DNA from: Proteromonas lacertae
Taxonomy: Eukaryota
Assembly: GCA_002245135.1 (NCBI GenBank)
Contig: NGBS01000583.1
Location: 124,001-188,000 of the forward strand
DNA: 64,000 bases
Direction of reading: 5' to 3'
In this document: positions 36,710-52,391 of the stretch, one piece after another
How the letters are laid out: each line of letters starts with the position of its first letter
Position numbering within the stretch: position 1 is the stretch's first letter
Notes under the pieces: generated by a model
Databases searched by the model: none
What the model was told of the DNA's origin: nothing
Seen by the model: the letters and a program-made list of their open reading frames with translations, nothing else
Program-made: the position numbers and the translations under genes

Positions 36710-39700
36710 TTAATCATTCAAATTACACAAAAATGCACATCCCTTCCAAATCCATGTCTCAGGAGCTACACTAGTTGGTAAATACACTGTTACTACATAA
36801 TTGGTACTAATTCCTGTTGTTGATAAAGCTCCTGCTCTTTGAGATGTTTTATATACTGGACATGCATATTCTTTCTCATTTGGTTCATAATTCTTCGTTG
36901 GTAAGAAATGTATTGGGATCATTGAGCAATACAACTCACCTGGTTTAGAATCAACTACTTCACTCTTTTCTAAATCCCATCTTGCTCCTTCCATCCACAA
37001 ACCATATACAATCACACCATCTTCTGGACTTTCTAAACTAGACAATGGTTCATCTTTATAAAATGAAAAACTAAAATCTAATGAATTGATTGGAACTTTA
37101 TATTTTCGCGAGAATACTTGTAAAACACCAGTCATAAAACCTTGAGGGAAGAAGAAGACTGGTAAAGGGAAAGCATTGGGTGGACCATTATTGATCCATT
37201 TCCTCATAAATTCTACTCGAATCACCAAATCTTTAACCCAACTACCTAATGGTTTTAAACTAGGATAAGCAACATTATGCCATATTTCTGGTACTTGATT
37301 TCCTAAGAATGAAACATACATTTTATCCATATCTTCAGACATTACAGCTAATCCACGAATGGCTTTCTTTATTTCTACTAATGAACTTCTAACACAGTCT
37401 ATTAATCTATTAAACTTCACTATTTCTTGTGATAAAACAGTTGCTAAGGAGTTCATTAAACCTGATACTGGATCAATAACAAATGTGTTTTTATTGGCAT
37501 TTTCTTTGGATAAGTTATTTGGAACTAACGATTCTATTTCTGTAGCTAAATCATATACAATGTCATCATTGGATTTACCACCACTTCCACCTCCAGATGT
37601 TCTTGGTTGAATAGAGAATAATGATGTAACTAATGTAAAAGCTTCTTGTTTTCTATAAGCAATAGAAGCATTAAAGTGCATTCCAAATATCTCAGGATCT
37701 TCATTCATTGGTAAAGACTTAATATATTCTAAATAACTATTATGATCATTCACTTCAGGTGCATAATAAATACCACTATTACTAAACTTATAATCATTAT
37801 CTAATATATTGGGATTAATATAATGATCTAATATTGACATTAAACACCTTCTATCCCAATCATCAGTAACTCTTCCACCATAGTTAATTTGACCAATCAC
37901 ATATCTCAATGCATCCCATGGAATTACTTCTTGATCACTTAAAAACATCTTTAATACTTCAATAGATGTATCTAAATCACTATCATTGAATTCATATAAT
38001 ATATTCCAACCTAATGGACCAAATTTACGTCTTTCTTGTATAATTGCATGGAAGAAACCTAATCCAAACAATAATTTATGCCAACTCACTGTCTTTGTAC
38101 ATTCACTTAACTTCTGTTCAGTTATTATTGTCTCATAACTTCTCAATATATTTGATTTCAATCCTTTTGGTGGTTCTGTTGTTAGTTTTACACCACATTG
38201 TAACACAGGAACTGGGAAATATTCAGCAGGGAAGGATGTTAAGAACAATCTGAAATTATCGTCAATCTCTTTATTCTCTTCAAATGATAATACCATCTTC
38301 TCTAATTCAGGCATCCACGATTTAGCTAAGTGACAATTCTGCAATAAAACCCAATCACCTTTCTTACTACAATCATTTACTAATGATTCAGCCTTTGGTC
38401 CTTGTCCTTGACCTAATGATATTACATGCATTCTATCAGTCATTTGTCTTCTCTCAGCAAATTGTAATAATAAACTAGTAGGATCAGCACCAGTTGATAA
38501 TACAAAAATACAAGGAGTACATTTGTCCATGTCTTTATTGATTTCTTCCATTGATGTGGATGGTGTTTCAACCATATGACTACCTAATTGTGATGATATA
38601 TATCTAGACACTGCAAATACTACACGATCTTCACGGAATACTTTCAATAATAATAAGAATTGGAATGGGGTGACTTTTTCCCTCCAAGGTGATGGTATTT
38701 CTAATTCTTCAGGGTTTGATTCATTACTCCATTCTAACCATTTATCTAAATTAGTAGTGAATTCAGTGGTAATATTCTCAAAGTTTGGTATTTCTAATTC
38801 CATTGGAATAGACAGTATCCCATTGTATATCTGAGAATACAGTTTTATTAGGATTTGGTGGTTGATTTGCTCTTTCAAATATACTTGGACCTCTTAAGAA
38901 TATAAACCATTCATTATCACTAACTATTCCTTTATTTCTCATTATTGTAATACATATTAAGAAAGAGAATAACAACTTATCTTTTTCAAATAAACCACGA
39001 CATATATTTCTATAAATTACCTTTGTCATATATTCTATTATATTATTCAATCTCACTTCTATTTCATCAGATTTCTCTGATTCATCAATACACATGTTGA
39101 ATAAACGATTGAAATAAACTAATGAGTTTTGATACATAGGATCTATTCCACTTAAATCAGATATAACAAAATATATCAATGAACCTCTTAAAGCAACTGG
39201 TCTATACTCATCTCTCACTGTATTAATTTCAACCTCAGTCTTTTGAGATTCTGTCACTCTTTCAGCAATTATTTGACCTGTTTTCTGTGATTCAGCCAAT
39301 GTATTAATCAATAATTCATCATCTAAGATATTACCACTTGCAGTAGATAACATGGATAATATATTATTCTGAATTGACTCTAATTGTTTTCTATCTGCTG
39401 CCATTGATGATACTAATAATACTCTCTTCTCTTCTACAGCTGCTGCTTCTTTCTTTACCACTAAACCTAATAATTGATCTTCTAAACCATCTAATGTGAC
39501 AGTGAAGTTAATAATATTCACTTTAATACATACTTCTGGTAAATAATGTGGATTTGGTAATTTGGTTGTTAAGAACAATAAGAAATTATTATCATAATCA
39601 ACATCACTATCGCCTAAATGTATTAATAATCTTCCACCTTGCTTATGTATCTGTTTAGTTAAAACAGGTTCTAAGGATGCTACTAATTGTTCACCAATAT

Positions 39701-42700
39701 CTTCAATCAATAATACTCTACCAACTCTAATACAATTCTCTAAAGTCCTTAATAAATTAATATCATGGATCTTTGTAATATCTAAATTCTTACCATGCCA
39801 ATTTCTAATCCATTTATTAGCTTGTCCTTGAGGATCAATCATTAATGGCCATCTACTACCTTGTGTTGCTAATATTGAGTTATTCACTGATACTGTATCT
39901 GTTGGCAAACCTTGGATTTGCCATTCTTGTGTTTGTACTGGATTTCCTAAGGTATTCATTAATGAATAATTCTCACTTAGTGGTATTTCACCTTCTGTCA
40001 TTGTATTTAACCAATCATCTACAATCTTTATCTCTATAAACACCAGTAAATGCGCCATAATAACTTAATGAAGCAGATGATACAAATACATCACCAACTA
40101 ATAGTTTGATTTGTCCACTTAATTGTACAGCTTGTTCTTTCCATCTTACACCTTCTGCCTCTAATCCTTTTGTTAATTTCTCTGCTCTTTCTAGTCTTTT
40201 TCTTGTTAATTCAATTTCACCTTGTAATCTCTTCTTTTCATTCACTGTTTGATCACATTTCATTTGTAATTCATTCACTTTTGCTTCTATATCATTCAAT
40301 ACTGCTTGTTTCTCTGCTAAAGCTGCATTGGCTGTCGCTAATGTTTTGTTCATTTCTTCTAATCTCTTTCTCTTTGGTTCTACTTCTTTGGATACTTTGG
40401 CATATGTATTAATAGCATGAACCCATAAACAGATTGATGTTGCAGCTAATGATATCTTTTGTACAAATTCAGGTTGCATGTTTGGATTTTCAATATATTT
40501 CTTTAATTTAATCAATGTTGGTGGTTTAATATCATCCTTAGCAAAGTTCTGTAATAACTGTAAAAAGTCAGTTTTACTCAACCATTTCTTTGCAGTTTCC
40601 CAATCAGGTTTATCACCTAATAATATACACACAGCTTCCATTACTATCTGTACAGCAGCTGGTGGTGTTTTGAATGATTTCATTTCTGATATATCTTTCT
40701 TATCTAAGGCTTCTAAAGCATGTTCAGCATTTCTTAATGCAGGTAAAGCGACATTCAAATCTCTTTCAGCTTCAGCTTGAACTTCTGCAACTTCTTCTTG
40801 TTGTTTTGACACATCAGCTGTTTCTGCAGCAACACGTTCTCTTACTCCTGAAGCTTCTTCTTGTTGTTTGGCTACTTCTGCTAATAATTCTTCAGTTTCT
40901 TTGGATTTTACATCTAATACAGGTGCTAAGGCTGTTAAATCTTTTCTTAATCCTTCTACTAGTTCATTAGTTTCTTTTAATTTGGTAATACCTAATTCTA
41001 ATTGAGATAACTTTGAATTGAATTGTTCTTTCTTCTGTTTCAATAATTTACCATACAATTCAATCATATCTAAATAACTCTTTGGAGTTGTATATACTTT
41101 TCTTCTTAATTCATTAAAGAATTGATCAGAATAATCAGAAATTGATAAATGAACATGAACACAAGCACTGACTAAAGAGTCTTTTACTTTATCATCTTCT
41201 AATTCAAAAGTACCTAAATAATATTCAGCTACAGATTTCAAAGCTTCATCTGGCCATGGTAAATACCAATCAATTGTTGTACAGTTAATTAATGAAGGGA
41301 ATTGTCTGCATCTAATTCTCAGTGAATCACCAACAGGAGACATACACAATACCAAATGAAGATTATCTCTAACTCTCTTTACGAAGTGTATTTTACACAA
41401 ATCTCGTGATTGTGGTAAGCCTAATTCTCTCATCACAGGAACCATATCTGTCAATACTTTCTCCATTTCATCAGGTGCAAATAGATTAGGAACTTCTCCT
41501 GTATTTAATATTGCATTAATATCTTCTAAGAATGATTCTTCCATAATCTGTGAATCAGTGAATAAGAAAACTGTTCTTTCATTAGAAACACCTGTCTTTA
41601 TCATTAGATTCTTCAAATCTTCTCTAAAACTAGTCAAATTATAACCTCTAGTAATTTCAATCTGTGAACATTGTAAATCAGATATAAAGCATGCTAATCT
41701 TGTTAATGATTGTTTACCACTGCCTCCTACACCAACTAACATTGCATTACCTCTTGGTTGTCTAATAATACGTAATATATGTGAGATGTGATCTATAGCA
41801 TCATTGAAAAACACTAAGTTCATTTGTTGTGAATGATCTAAGTTATATTCATCTAAATAATCTCTCAAGATATGAGATACTCTTGTTATATCTTTAATTT
41901 CTTCATATTTCTTATCAGCAAAGGATGTACCAATTCTTAAGAAATCACCAAATATGATTGGATTGACCAGTAAACAACTCTTCTGGTTTGCCAACATGGA
42001 AATATCTTTGTAATAATTGTTGTATTTGTTCTATAAACCATTCTTTATCTTCATTATTAATTAAACGATCATAAAATACTCTCATCGTTTCATGAATCCA
42101 TAATTTCTGCATTACTTCTGCATTTGAACAGAACTTTGGTTCAATCATCAATATACCTTGGAATATCTTTGATATATCACGAAGATTGAATGTATAATGT
42201 GATTTAGCTGGAGTTGGTCTTAGATTCTCACTCATTCTTTGATATATTTCAACTGTACTATTCACAACAGCTGAATTTAACACTTTAATCTCATTCACAA
42301 AATCAGCAAAGAATCCTGTAATAATTGAATTGAATATTCTATCCATAGCATCTGCACTAGATGGACGGTAAACAGAATATATTGAAATGTCTCATAAATC
42401 TTTGAGTTAAGTTGCTTCTACCTCCACCAGGTGGTGCAGCATGCTGCTACTAAATTAGTATTAGCTATTTCCTTCCAGAATAATTGTTTTCTATCATAGA
42501 AACCATGCCAAGTTAAGAATTGTCTTAATAATTCAATTGGTGGTTGAGCTCCATATGTTTCAACAGCAGGCATATTAACATCATCAACAGCAATAACTAC
42601 TTTCTTAGCTGGTGGTGGTGCACTTAGATAATTCTTTCTTTGTTTCTGTAAATTACTTTCTATTGTCATTTGAGTTACTTTACTATCTGTTCTTGCACTA

Positions 42701-45700
42701 AATCCTAATGTTAATGCGAATATACTTTGTCCACCTTCTTCTTCAGGTTTCTTTAAATCATTCAATGTACTTTCCAATATAACAGTTTTACCTGTACCAG
42801 TAACACCAGTAAAGAATACTGGTTTATTGATTTGTAATAATCTTGTTAAGAAATATGAATATCTTGTAGTATCTACAGTTGGAACAAATAATTCAAAATA
42901 GGGAACTTTTGCATATGTAAATTGTGGTACAATTGTACTCCAATCTTTAAATTCCATTTTATCAGTTTTTAAGTAATAATCATACACTAAACCACTAGAA
43001 TAACCTAAATCTACTTGTGCTTTATCCATCAAAGCATGATAAAACTCATCAAATTGCATCCATTCACTTGGATTAATTGTAATACCAAAAGACCATATAA
43101 ATGCAAAGGAGAATATTTGATCTAAATGTTGATTAACCATTCTTGTCTTTTCTTCTTTTATTCTATTTGCATCATCTTCATGTTCTGGTGGTACAAATTC
43201 AAATGGATACCATAGACTCTGGAATATAGCACATAATGATATAACTAAGTTTTGATCTAATGTTTTAATTGGTTCATGAAGTCTATTTCTAATTAAATCA
43301 ATTGTTTCAGGTATAAACGTCTCAACATTCCATAAGAATCTTTCTACTTCTTCTGGTGAGAGTAAACTAGACATTTCTTTCACTAACCATGTCTTTATAT
43401 AAGGTAACCAACCTATATCTTCCACTGGAACATATACAACACCTAATCTTGAGACAGTGGCAGGAGAAGCAGCTTCTAAATCGCCCACTTCAAATACCAT
43501 TCTCATTTGTGGTTTTAATTTAATTCTTTCACCATTTGCTAAACATAATGTCATATTATCATCTAAGACAGTATTCATATTTTCAATCCATAATGCATCA
43601 ATTGGACCATCAAATATTAACCATTTCTTATTTGGACTTTCATCTAAGGCATATTTCCTCATGATTGTTGATGCTAAACCATCAATCCATTGCTGAGTTA
43701 ATTCATTATATTCACCATATAATTCACCCATTGTAATACATTTAGGATTAATTACTTGTTTCTCTACGATTTGTATTGATTCAGTACCTAATCCTTCTTC
43801 AAATAAATGAGTCATTGCATCTGCTAACATATCTTCAGCTGTACTTTTACCACTTCCACTTGGACCAACTAATACAACACCAAATCTAACATCCATTGTT
43901 TCGTATAATTGAATAATCTTCTTACTATATGCTTCTACTACTTGTAATCCATTATCTAATTGTTCTTTATCAATCTGTTCTCTTAATTTACCAGTATCTT
44001 GATAAGGAACTTCAACACCAGGGAATAAATCTTGTAAAATACCATAAAACAATGGTAAATCATCAGATAAGAACTTTGGAACATTTGAATCTCTCATTGC
44101 TCTAATTAACACAACATCTTCACTCAGATCTGGGTTATTTCTCTTTAATCCACCAGCCATAACTAATACAGATTTTACAGCTCTTAAACCATAATCGTAA
44201 TGACATTGTTGAGATAATTGTTCACTAGATAGTTTATATAATTTAGTCATCTTTCTGCTGAGATTTTTAGCATCATCAAAACCTTCAGCGAATAACATAA
44301 TTTCAGCGATTAAACTATAATCAGGTACCATCATAGCTACTGGTCTAAATAACACCTTTAAATTATCAGGTAATTCAGTACGACCAGCATAACCAGGATT
44401 CATAGTAATAATTACATGCATTTCACCATTCATTGAGATTTGTCTTCCTTCAAAGTTCAAATGTTCAGTCTTCAATAAACGCGCTTGTCTTAATACTAAC
44501 AACTGTTGTGCAATAACTGACAATACTTCAATATCAATTCTATTAAACTCATCTAGACAAGTCCAACAACCAGCTTGAGCTAAACCAGCAAATAGTTTAC
44601 CCATCATTTTATAATCAATTTGATCAGAACAGTTAAATACAATACACAATATAGCCAATGCTTTAGCTAAATCCTTAGAACTCTCAGTTTTACCTGTACC
44701 AGCAGGACCTGCAGGATTTCCACCTAATTTCAATGCTAATGCACCAGTTAAAGTCATCCAACATCTATCAGTTAATGGAGTAATAACTAAACGACTAGTA
44801 CATCCTTCATATTCATATCCATAAGGAATTGTACTATTAGATTGTCTAGCAACTACTGTTTCATCTTCCCAATAATATCTCAACTGTTTTTGCCAACCAA
44901 AATTACTAATATCACTAACACCTTCTTGATATAAATCATAGATTATATCTCTTGCATGTACATCGGTAGTAACTAATGCAACAATAACTCTACGTTGATT
45001 CTTTGTTAATTCACCTCTTACCATCTTTGTTAAGTCTTTTAAATCTTTTACATTATGATCATACCATTCTTTCATTGCATCTTTTGCATTTGGTTCAGTT
45101 AATACTTTCTCTGTTGAATTACACCACATAATTTGTGCGACAGTCGCTACAATCTGTCCAGCATGATTCAATACCCATTCAGGTCTTTCTTCATTCAAAT
45201 AATCCTTCAATCCAACACCCATCAACTTCTGTAATGACATTCTCATATTCTTTTCTACTTCAGCTTAACCAATCTTCTACATTACCTCTAGCTTTTAGAT
45301 TCTTACCTAAGGGTATTACTTCACCTTCAGAACTAATCATATCAGTAATATCTATACTACCAGGATCAGTACCAAACTTTAAGGTGACTAAATTATCAAA
45401 ACATTTTCTTAAATGTGGTTGTACAGCATGTGGATCTCTTGTTTGTGATAATATTTCTAATAATTCATCATTAGATAAGAAATAGAATCTTGGGAATATA
45501 CATCTCTTTACTTCTAAATAATCTTCTAATGATTTCTGTACATTATCTAAAGTAGCATTATGTTTCTTCAAGTTTTCTAATAATCCAATAGCAGTACCAG
45601 CTCTAATACATAATGGATCATCAAAACATCGTTTCATTAATGCTTTCCATGCTTTATCTACTGATTGGAATAACTTAGTTTCTTTAGGAAGTTGTCTTTG

Positions 45701-48700
45701 AATATCTGGAGCTGAGAATATATTCTCTAAATACATCCAATGCTTTTGACATGTCAACCATTCATCTAATACTTTTTGTAACATTATTAATTTACGTTGT
45801 AATTCATCTACTTTGTTTCTGATTGGTCCTACAAATCTTGAACCTAATATAGTATTCATAGTTACTAACGAATCTTCTAATAATGAAATAATATCATCAA
45901 CACTTCCCAATATAAATGTATCATTAGTATCTTTATATTTCAATACTTCAAAATCAATATTCTTCCATTTCTGTTCTACACCATCTCTCATTGCTTCTAA
46001 TACACTTTCTTGTATTGCTTCTGTAGCAATTGTCTCTAATTCTGTCGCATGATTCATCGCTTTCTTCTCTATCAATTGTCCTAATGTAAATCCTTCTACT
46101 CCATGTATTCTAAATCCTAATAAACTATGTATTCTATCCCAATGTCTTTCTTTCAAATCAGGACAACGTAATGATGTTACTACAGGTAATGTACTCTTAA
46201 ATTCAGTTACCATTTCTTTTAATTTTGTAGCTACTTTATTACCAGGTAATCCACTTTCAGCTTGTAATGCTGTTTTTAAATAAACTTGAACATCTTTACC
46301 TATAATATCAGGATCAATTTGTTCAAATGGTAATGTGCTCCATTGTAATGTATTTTCATTCCATGTTTGTAATCCATTCCATAATCTCATCTTTAAGGTG
46401 AAATCTCTAAATACAAAGTCAAAATCATCGAATAGAGTGATGGATAATTTCAATGTCTCTTGATATTTCTGTATTTTTTCACATTCTTTCTTACAATATT
46501 GCACTCTTTCATCTAATCTTGATAAATACTCTAATACATCATCAATCTTTGAATCTAATTTAGAGATCATTGCATTACTTAAATCAGCAGCTAAATCTGA
46601 TATTTTTACATGTAATTTAGGTATTTCTTCATCCAATTCTTTGGAGAATTTTCTAGTATTTTCCTCATATTTTCCTTCAGCTAAACTCAAACCAGTTTTC
46701 AATGAATATAATGTTTGATTTAGCATAAACAAATTAGTAGCAATATCATCATCAATAAATATCTCATACTGTTCTAAAGCACCATTCATATTCAAACAGA
46801 AGTTATATTCATCATCAATATCTCCCATTTTCTCTTGACATTGTCTAGTAAATGCAGTAACTGATACAAATTCATCAACAGATATTGGAGCAGTTGTAAC
46901 AATCTTCTGTGCATGACTGACTTCTTCTAATAATGCTTTTGATTTCTGCTTCAATATCATTGGCATTAATTCTGATATTTTATCATGGCAATCTCGTGGT
47001 ACTGGAATAAACATATCTTTCATTTGTAAGATTTCTAATCGAATAATACCAATTCTATGTTGTTCTTCCATATCATTGAATAATAGTGATTGACTATTAT
47101 ATTTATCTAATCTTGCTGTATATGTTTCTATTGGTGTTGCTCTATATTCATCAATTGTCATGTGTTTATAATCTTCAGAACAATCAACGTAACCTTGTAA
47201 ATATACCAAAAATATATCCGTTTCTTTTATAGCTCTATTGAATGATTCTGTTAAAGTTCCACCAATTTGATCAATTAGACTTTGGAAATATACATTCTCA
47301 ACAACCAATGAACTTAAATCTAATCCTTCACCTATCACACCATTAGTTTCATCTAATAAAGGCTGTACAAAGTCAATAAATGTATTATCTACTAATAATC
47401 TATTAGGATTAGTAATTATCTTTCAATCCTTCATAAACTAAACTTTCAACTTTCATCTTGAATTGTTCAGGAGTTGGTGTATATAAATAATGATCTAATG
47501 TTACAGTAATTGGTGGTTCATCTGTTTCTATCTTCGTTTGATTTGGTAATACAGTCATTGAGAATAGAGGTTGCCAAGTTTCTTCAAGCTCAGGATCAAC
47601 TACAGCTTGATTGAATATTATATTTTGTCTTAATACTTCTCTACCTTCTTCTGTTATTCCATTTAATAATTGCTTAGTTGAATCTAAAGAGAGGTTTAAT
47701 AATCCTATCTAAAACCATAAAATCAATTAATCGAATATAATTTGCTAATTTTCTACATTGTGATCGCATTGCTGCTCTTTTAGTAAAACTAATTTCTTTG
47801 GTTTGACTGTTGGCTTGTTGTTCATTGATTTGATTATCTAAAGCAGCTATTAAGGGTGAAGCACCATGTGTTGGACTGGTTAAACTACTTTTCATTGGAT
47901 GAGTAGATGTTTCTATATTAAATAATAATAATAATAATATAATATAAATATACTTCCAAATCCACCATCTTCTATATATGTATTCAGTGAAGTTGAACAA
48001 GTATTTAATAATAACACTTTAATCTTATTCTCAATATTATGAAATTGTTGTTCACTATTTTCTCTTTGTTGGTTTTGAACTGTATCAAATTCATCAAGTG
48101 TATAAGTATTAATTGGATCTAAATGATATAACTGTAAAGCAGATAACTCATTAAATAAATCAATAAATTGAAATAAACCATCTCTTAATACATCATCTAA
48201 TATAAACAACTGTTTATTTAACTGTTTTGCAGCTCTAATCATATTATTTCTTCTTACAGTATGTTTCCATTGTTCAAATGCTTTCACTACTTTGAAATAT
48301 CGAAAGAATTTGATTTTCCTTAACTCGATAAAACATATGATATTCAATCTCATATTGCTCAAGTGTAGTTAACATTGTATCAGCTGCCATACAGTGCATT
48401 ATTGCATTATGAGTAATTACATAATAATCAACAGCAGTTGGATTTCCATCTTCTATAATAATTGGATTTGAATTACCTGATACTGAAGATGATGAGGATA
48501 ATACACTACTTCTATTACTGTTTATATTATTATTATTATTATTTAAATCTTCACTATTTACATTCTTTACTGATGATAGTGTGCTTTTACGTCTAACACC
48601 TGTTGGAGGTGGTTGCTTTGGAGGTTGAGGTATTTGAGTACTTGCAACTACATTGGGACTATCTAAATTGAGTTTAATTTGTTGTTCAGCTGCCATTTTC

Positions 48701-49386
48701 TCTATTTCACTAGAATCAATAATTCGAAGGTTGAAATGATTACCACAAACAGGATATGCATAGAGAAATGCAGTTGGGTCATTCTTAAACACTTTAAAAC
48801 GTGGATCTTCATCAAATGTATTTAAAAATGATTCTCTTTCTTCTATATCATCCCATCCAGGGATCATTATTGAGCTTTCATCTATTGGAATTTCCCTTGG
48901 TCTAAATGATGGTATTTCATTCAACAAATCACGTTTTATTCTTTTAGCTTTTGGCTTTTCGAAGGTAGATGGCTCTTTTCGTATTTCTGATTCTGATTCA
49001 GTGTTTTGAAATGAATTATATTGTGGTTGTGGTATATTAGAAGCAGGAATTCTAACTGGGGGAGCTGGAACATTCACACTTTTTTTGATATGAGTAACTA
49101 GTGGTACTCTTGGTGTTTTAGGTTTAAAATGTCTTACAGCAGGGGAATGTGGTTTTGATACATGAGATTTTGTGTTATTCTCTTGCTTCATAGTTAATAA
49201 TGGTGTTGCAGTGGGAGTTGTGCTTTGAATTTGTCTTCCTATTTGCGGTCTTTTTGTGTATAATCTAGCAGCCAATCTATCATTAGCATGAGGATCTTGT
49301 GGCAATTCTTCAGGTCTTGGTGATCTCTTCTTAGGAGAATGAGGTTGTAGACTGACAAAGTCTAGATTTGGAACTGATGAATTCAT
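36710..49386 (-). CDS. Axonemal inner-arm dynein heavy chain (DNAH6-like), broken by about nine apparent +1 insertions
   Basis: P-loops GPAGTGKT, GPSGSGKS, GVTGTGKT and GVGGSGKQS; FPRFYFLSN, stalk coiled coils, RWPLMIDPQGQA, INYGGRVTDDWDRR, CPVYKT; one intron 47913-47953. Confidence 0.93.
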
Positions 49387-49513
49387 ATGCTATTTTGGAT
49401 CAGAACTCGTAGATTTCAAATTATTGGATTTTAAAATCAAAGAAACAGTTTTAAATTCGGATTTTGGTTTTCTGATAAATATTAAATATTTAAATTAAGT
49501 TAATTATAAAACA

Positions 49514-50027
49514 TCAATTGCCATAAAGTAATGCTGCTTCATATCGTAGATATTCTGCTTCACTCTTTCTGATACTTTTGTTTATGTTTATACCATTTTT
49601 GATTAAATCATCAAAATTCTTCATTTGCATTAATTGATTAAACACTCCATTTGATTCAAGTATGCCATAATAAAATCCATGCATTGGATATATATTTACA
49701 TTTACACTAACACTGTCATCTTTTAGATTAACTTGTAACTTTGTAGTACTATGACTATTATTTTTGTGACAATAAGTCATATAAGCTATCATATTCACTT
49801 CATCATATTTAACTATCCACTCACTATACTGATTCTTCAAAATCTGTATTCTTTCACTCTTATCTACCATTTCTTGTGTTATTTTATTTATTTGTTCTAT
49901 AATCGAGTTAATTTTCGGATGATTAATTTTAGTTAGGTATGGTATAAACGATCTTTTTGTAGCATCTTCTTTCTTCAACTTCCATTTTGGCTGATTATTG
50001 TTAATTATACAAACTGTAATATAAAAC
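49514..50027 (-). CDS. Hypothetical protein or decayed gene fragment
   Basis: About 170 open codons with no clear ATG or upstream exon; upstream sequence has many stops. Confidence 0.3.
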
Positions 50028-50442
50028 TAATTTTATTCTAGTAATTAACTGTTAATTACGAACAGAAAATGAGTTTAACTAAATTAGATGGCTTGATTTA
50101 ATCAAGTTTGTAAATGAAATTTTAAATATAGCCGTTTTAATTTATTTTTAACATCAACAATCCAATTTACTATTAATATTCACTAATCATTAACAATAGG
50201 AGTTGCAAAACATATGTATCAAAAAAGTCAGCTAAATTGCTCTCATCATTACTATTTAACTTATATTTCATTCTAATATTCTTAATAAATAAATTCAAAT
50301 TATAATTATTATAGTAATTCACTTTATTCTTATTTATTCTACATAGTTTCCGCTTTAATTTTCTTATATTATTTCTTATTATTTCATATACTAAAAGAGT
50401 AATAAAAATACGAATCATAACCAATATATTATTGTAGATTAT

Positions 50443-51355
50443 TTATAATTTATTTATCATTTCCATGCTTGGAACAAAATAATAACCACCTGTTACAGCA
50501 TTGGTAAAATGCATTAGTTTATCATGTTTATCATCTCGCAAACCAAACATACTCTTCAACATTGTCTCAATATTATATATTGTAGAACAATAAGAAGTAA
50601 ACCATAAACCTTGTTCACCTCCAGGAGTTCCATAAGGTAAACTATGACGAACTATTTTTAAACCTTTACCATTTTCTTTTATATCAGTACGACCTACATG
50701 ACTATCAGCAGGAACTGGTTTTAATTCTTTTGAATCAGGTTTTGTTCTTCCAATTATCTTTTCTTGTTCACTGTCAGGGTGTTTATTCCATTCACTGAGA
50801 TTATGAATATATCTTTGAACAAGTACATAACTACTTCCATCAGCATTCAAAGCAGCTGCTGTTCTTTTCTCAACCGTATGACCATTGGCTGTTCCATCAA
50901 TAAAACCAGTCAAATCTCGACCATCTTTCCATCTAAATCCATTCTTTTCATCTACTAATTTCAATGTTTTATCTCCTCCAAATTCTTCAAGTACTTTACG
51001 AGATGCATCGAAAACTGCATTTGATTCTGTTCCATGTATATGAATGTATAAATCACATTGTTTAGCTGGAGCTCTTCCATAACCAGGAAAATCAATCAAT
51101 TCTTTAGCTGTGTCTTTAAGTTCTAGTTTTACCTTCGAATTAAAGCACTCCACAAGCTTTTTTACCAAAACAAATGTTTCCATAAGTTGGTTGTTTATAT
51201 TCATCTGCAAAAGATTGTACTATTTGATGAAAAGTCTTAATTGCTGAAAGAAACTTCTTTTTTTCATCAGCTTTTGTTAATACATCAGGTAATACATCAT
51301 ATGTACCAAAATAAGCACATGTTGAACCTTCAGGTATTATTCCTGGTTGAGCCAT
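50443..51355 (-). CDS. Dye-decolorizing peroxidase (DyP, YfeX-like), copy A
   Basis: DLYIHIH, RDLTGFIDGTAN (GxxDG), IIGRTK, SHVGR, IVRHSLPYG, GGYYFVPS; four 1-nt insertions at about 51124-51163 relative to copy B split the ORF. Confidence 0.9.
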
Positions 51356-51423
51356 TTAAATAAAAATCTATGGGGTGTGAAAAGTTTTCTTCGAAATTCT
51401 TTTTTCAATTTACTTTATTATTC

Positions 51424-52391
51424 ATGTTGTCTTTTAGCATGGTTTTTACAAAAAGATATCTGGAAATGTTCTAACTAAATCTTTTTCAACGCTATACCAA
51501 TCCGGTATAATACCTGAAGGATCAACAAATGCTTATTTTGGCACTTACAATTTAATTATGAATAATACAAACAATATAAACAGGATTAAAGAAGCAACCA
51601 AAGCTTATCAATCAATAATTCATAGTTATGCTAAACAATACAATGATTCATTATTTGGCACAATATCATTTGGTAAAAAGTTGTGGAGTGCTTTAATTGA
51701 AGGTAAAACAGAACTTAAAGACACAGCTAAAGAATTGATTGATTTTCCTGGTTATGGAAGAGCTCCAGCTAAACAATGTGATTTATACATTCATATACAT
51801 GGAACAGAATCAAATGCAGTTTTCGATGCATCTCGTAAAGTACTTGAAGAATTTGGAGGAGATAAAACATTGAAATTAGTAGATGAAAAGAATGGATTTA
51901 GATGGAAAGATGGTCGAGATTTGACTGGTTTTATTGATGGAACAGCCAATGGTCATACGGTTGAGAAAAGAACAGCAGCTGCTTTGAATGCTGATGGAAG
52001 TAGTTATGTACTTGTTCAAAGATATATTCATAATCTCAGTGAATGGAATAAACACCCTGACAGTGAACAAGAAAAGATAATTGGAAGAACAAAACCTGAT
52101 TCAAAAGAATTAAAACCAGTTCCTGCTGATAGTCATGTAGGTCGTACTGATATAAAAGAAAATGGTAAAGGTTTAAAAATAGTTCGTCATAGTTTACCTT
52201 ATGGAACTCCTGGAGGTGAACAAGGTTTATGGTTTACTTCTTATTGTTCTACAATATATAATATTGAGACAATGTTGAAGAGTATGTTTGGTTTGCGAGA
52301 TGATAAACATGATAAACTAATGCATTTTACTAATGCTGTAACAGGTGGTTATTATTTTGTTCCAAGCATGGAAATGATAAATAAATTATAA
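51424..52391 (+). CDS. DyP peroxidase, copy B, with N-terminal extension
   Basis: Same motifs; frame open upstream to 51438 (GFYKKISGNVLTKSFSTLYQSGIIPEG). The nearest ATGs (51424, 51439) are out of frame, so the start is inferred. Confidence 0.85.

Noticed and set aside
36710..49386. Euplotes-type programmed +1 frameshifting, or a dynein pseudogene
   Set aside because: Shift sites lack a shared AAA-stop context, and there are no nonsense codons or motif decay.
50443..52391. Encapsulin cargo system or bacterial contamination around DyP
   Set aside because: No cargo-loading peptide or encapsulin gene; base composition matches the host and flanking genes have introns.
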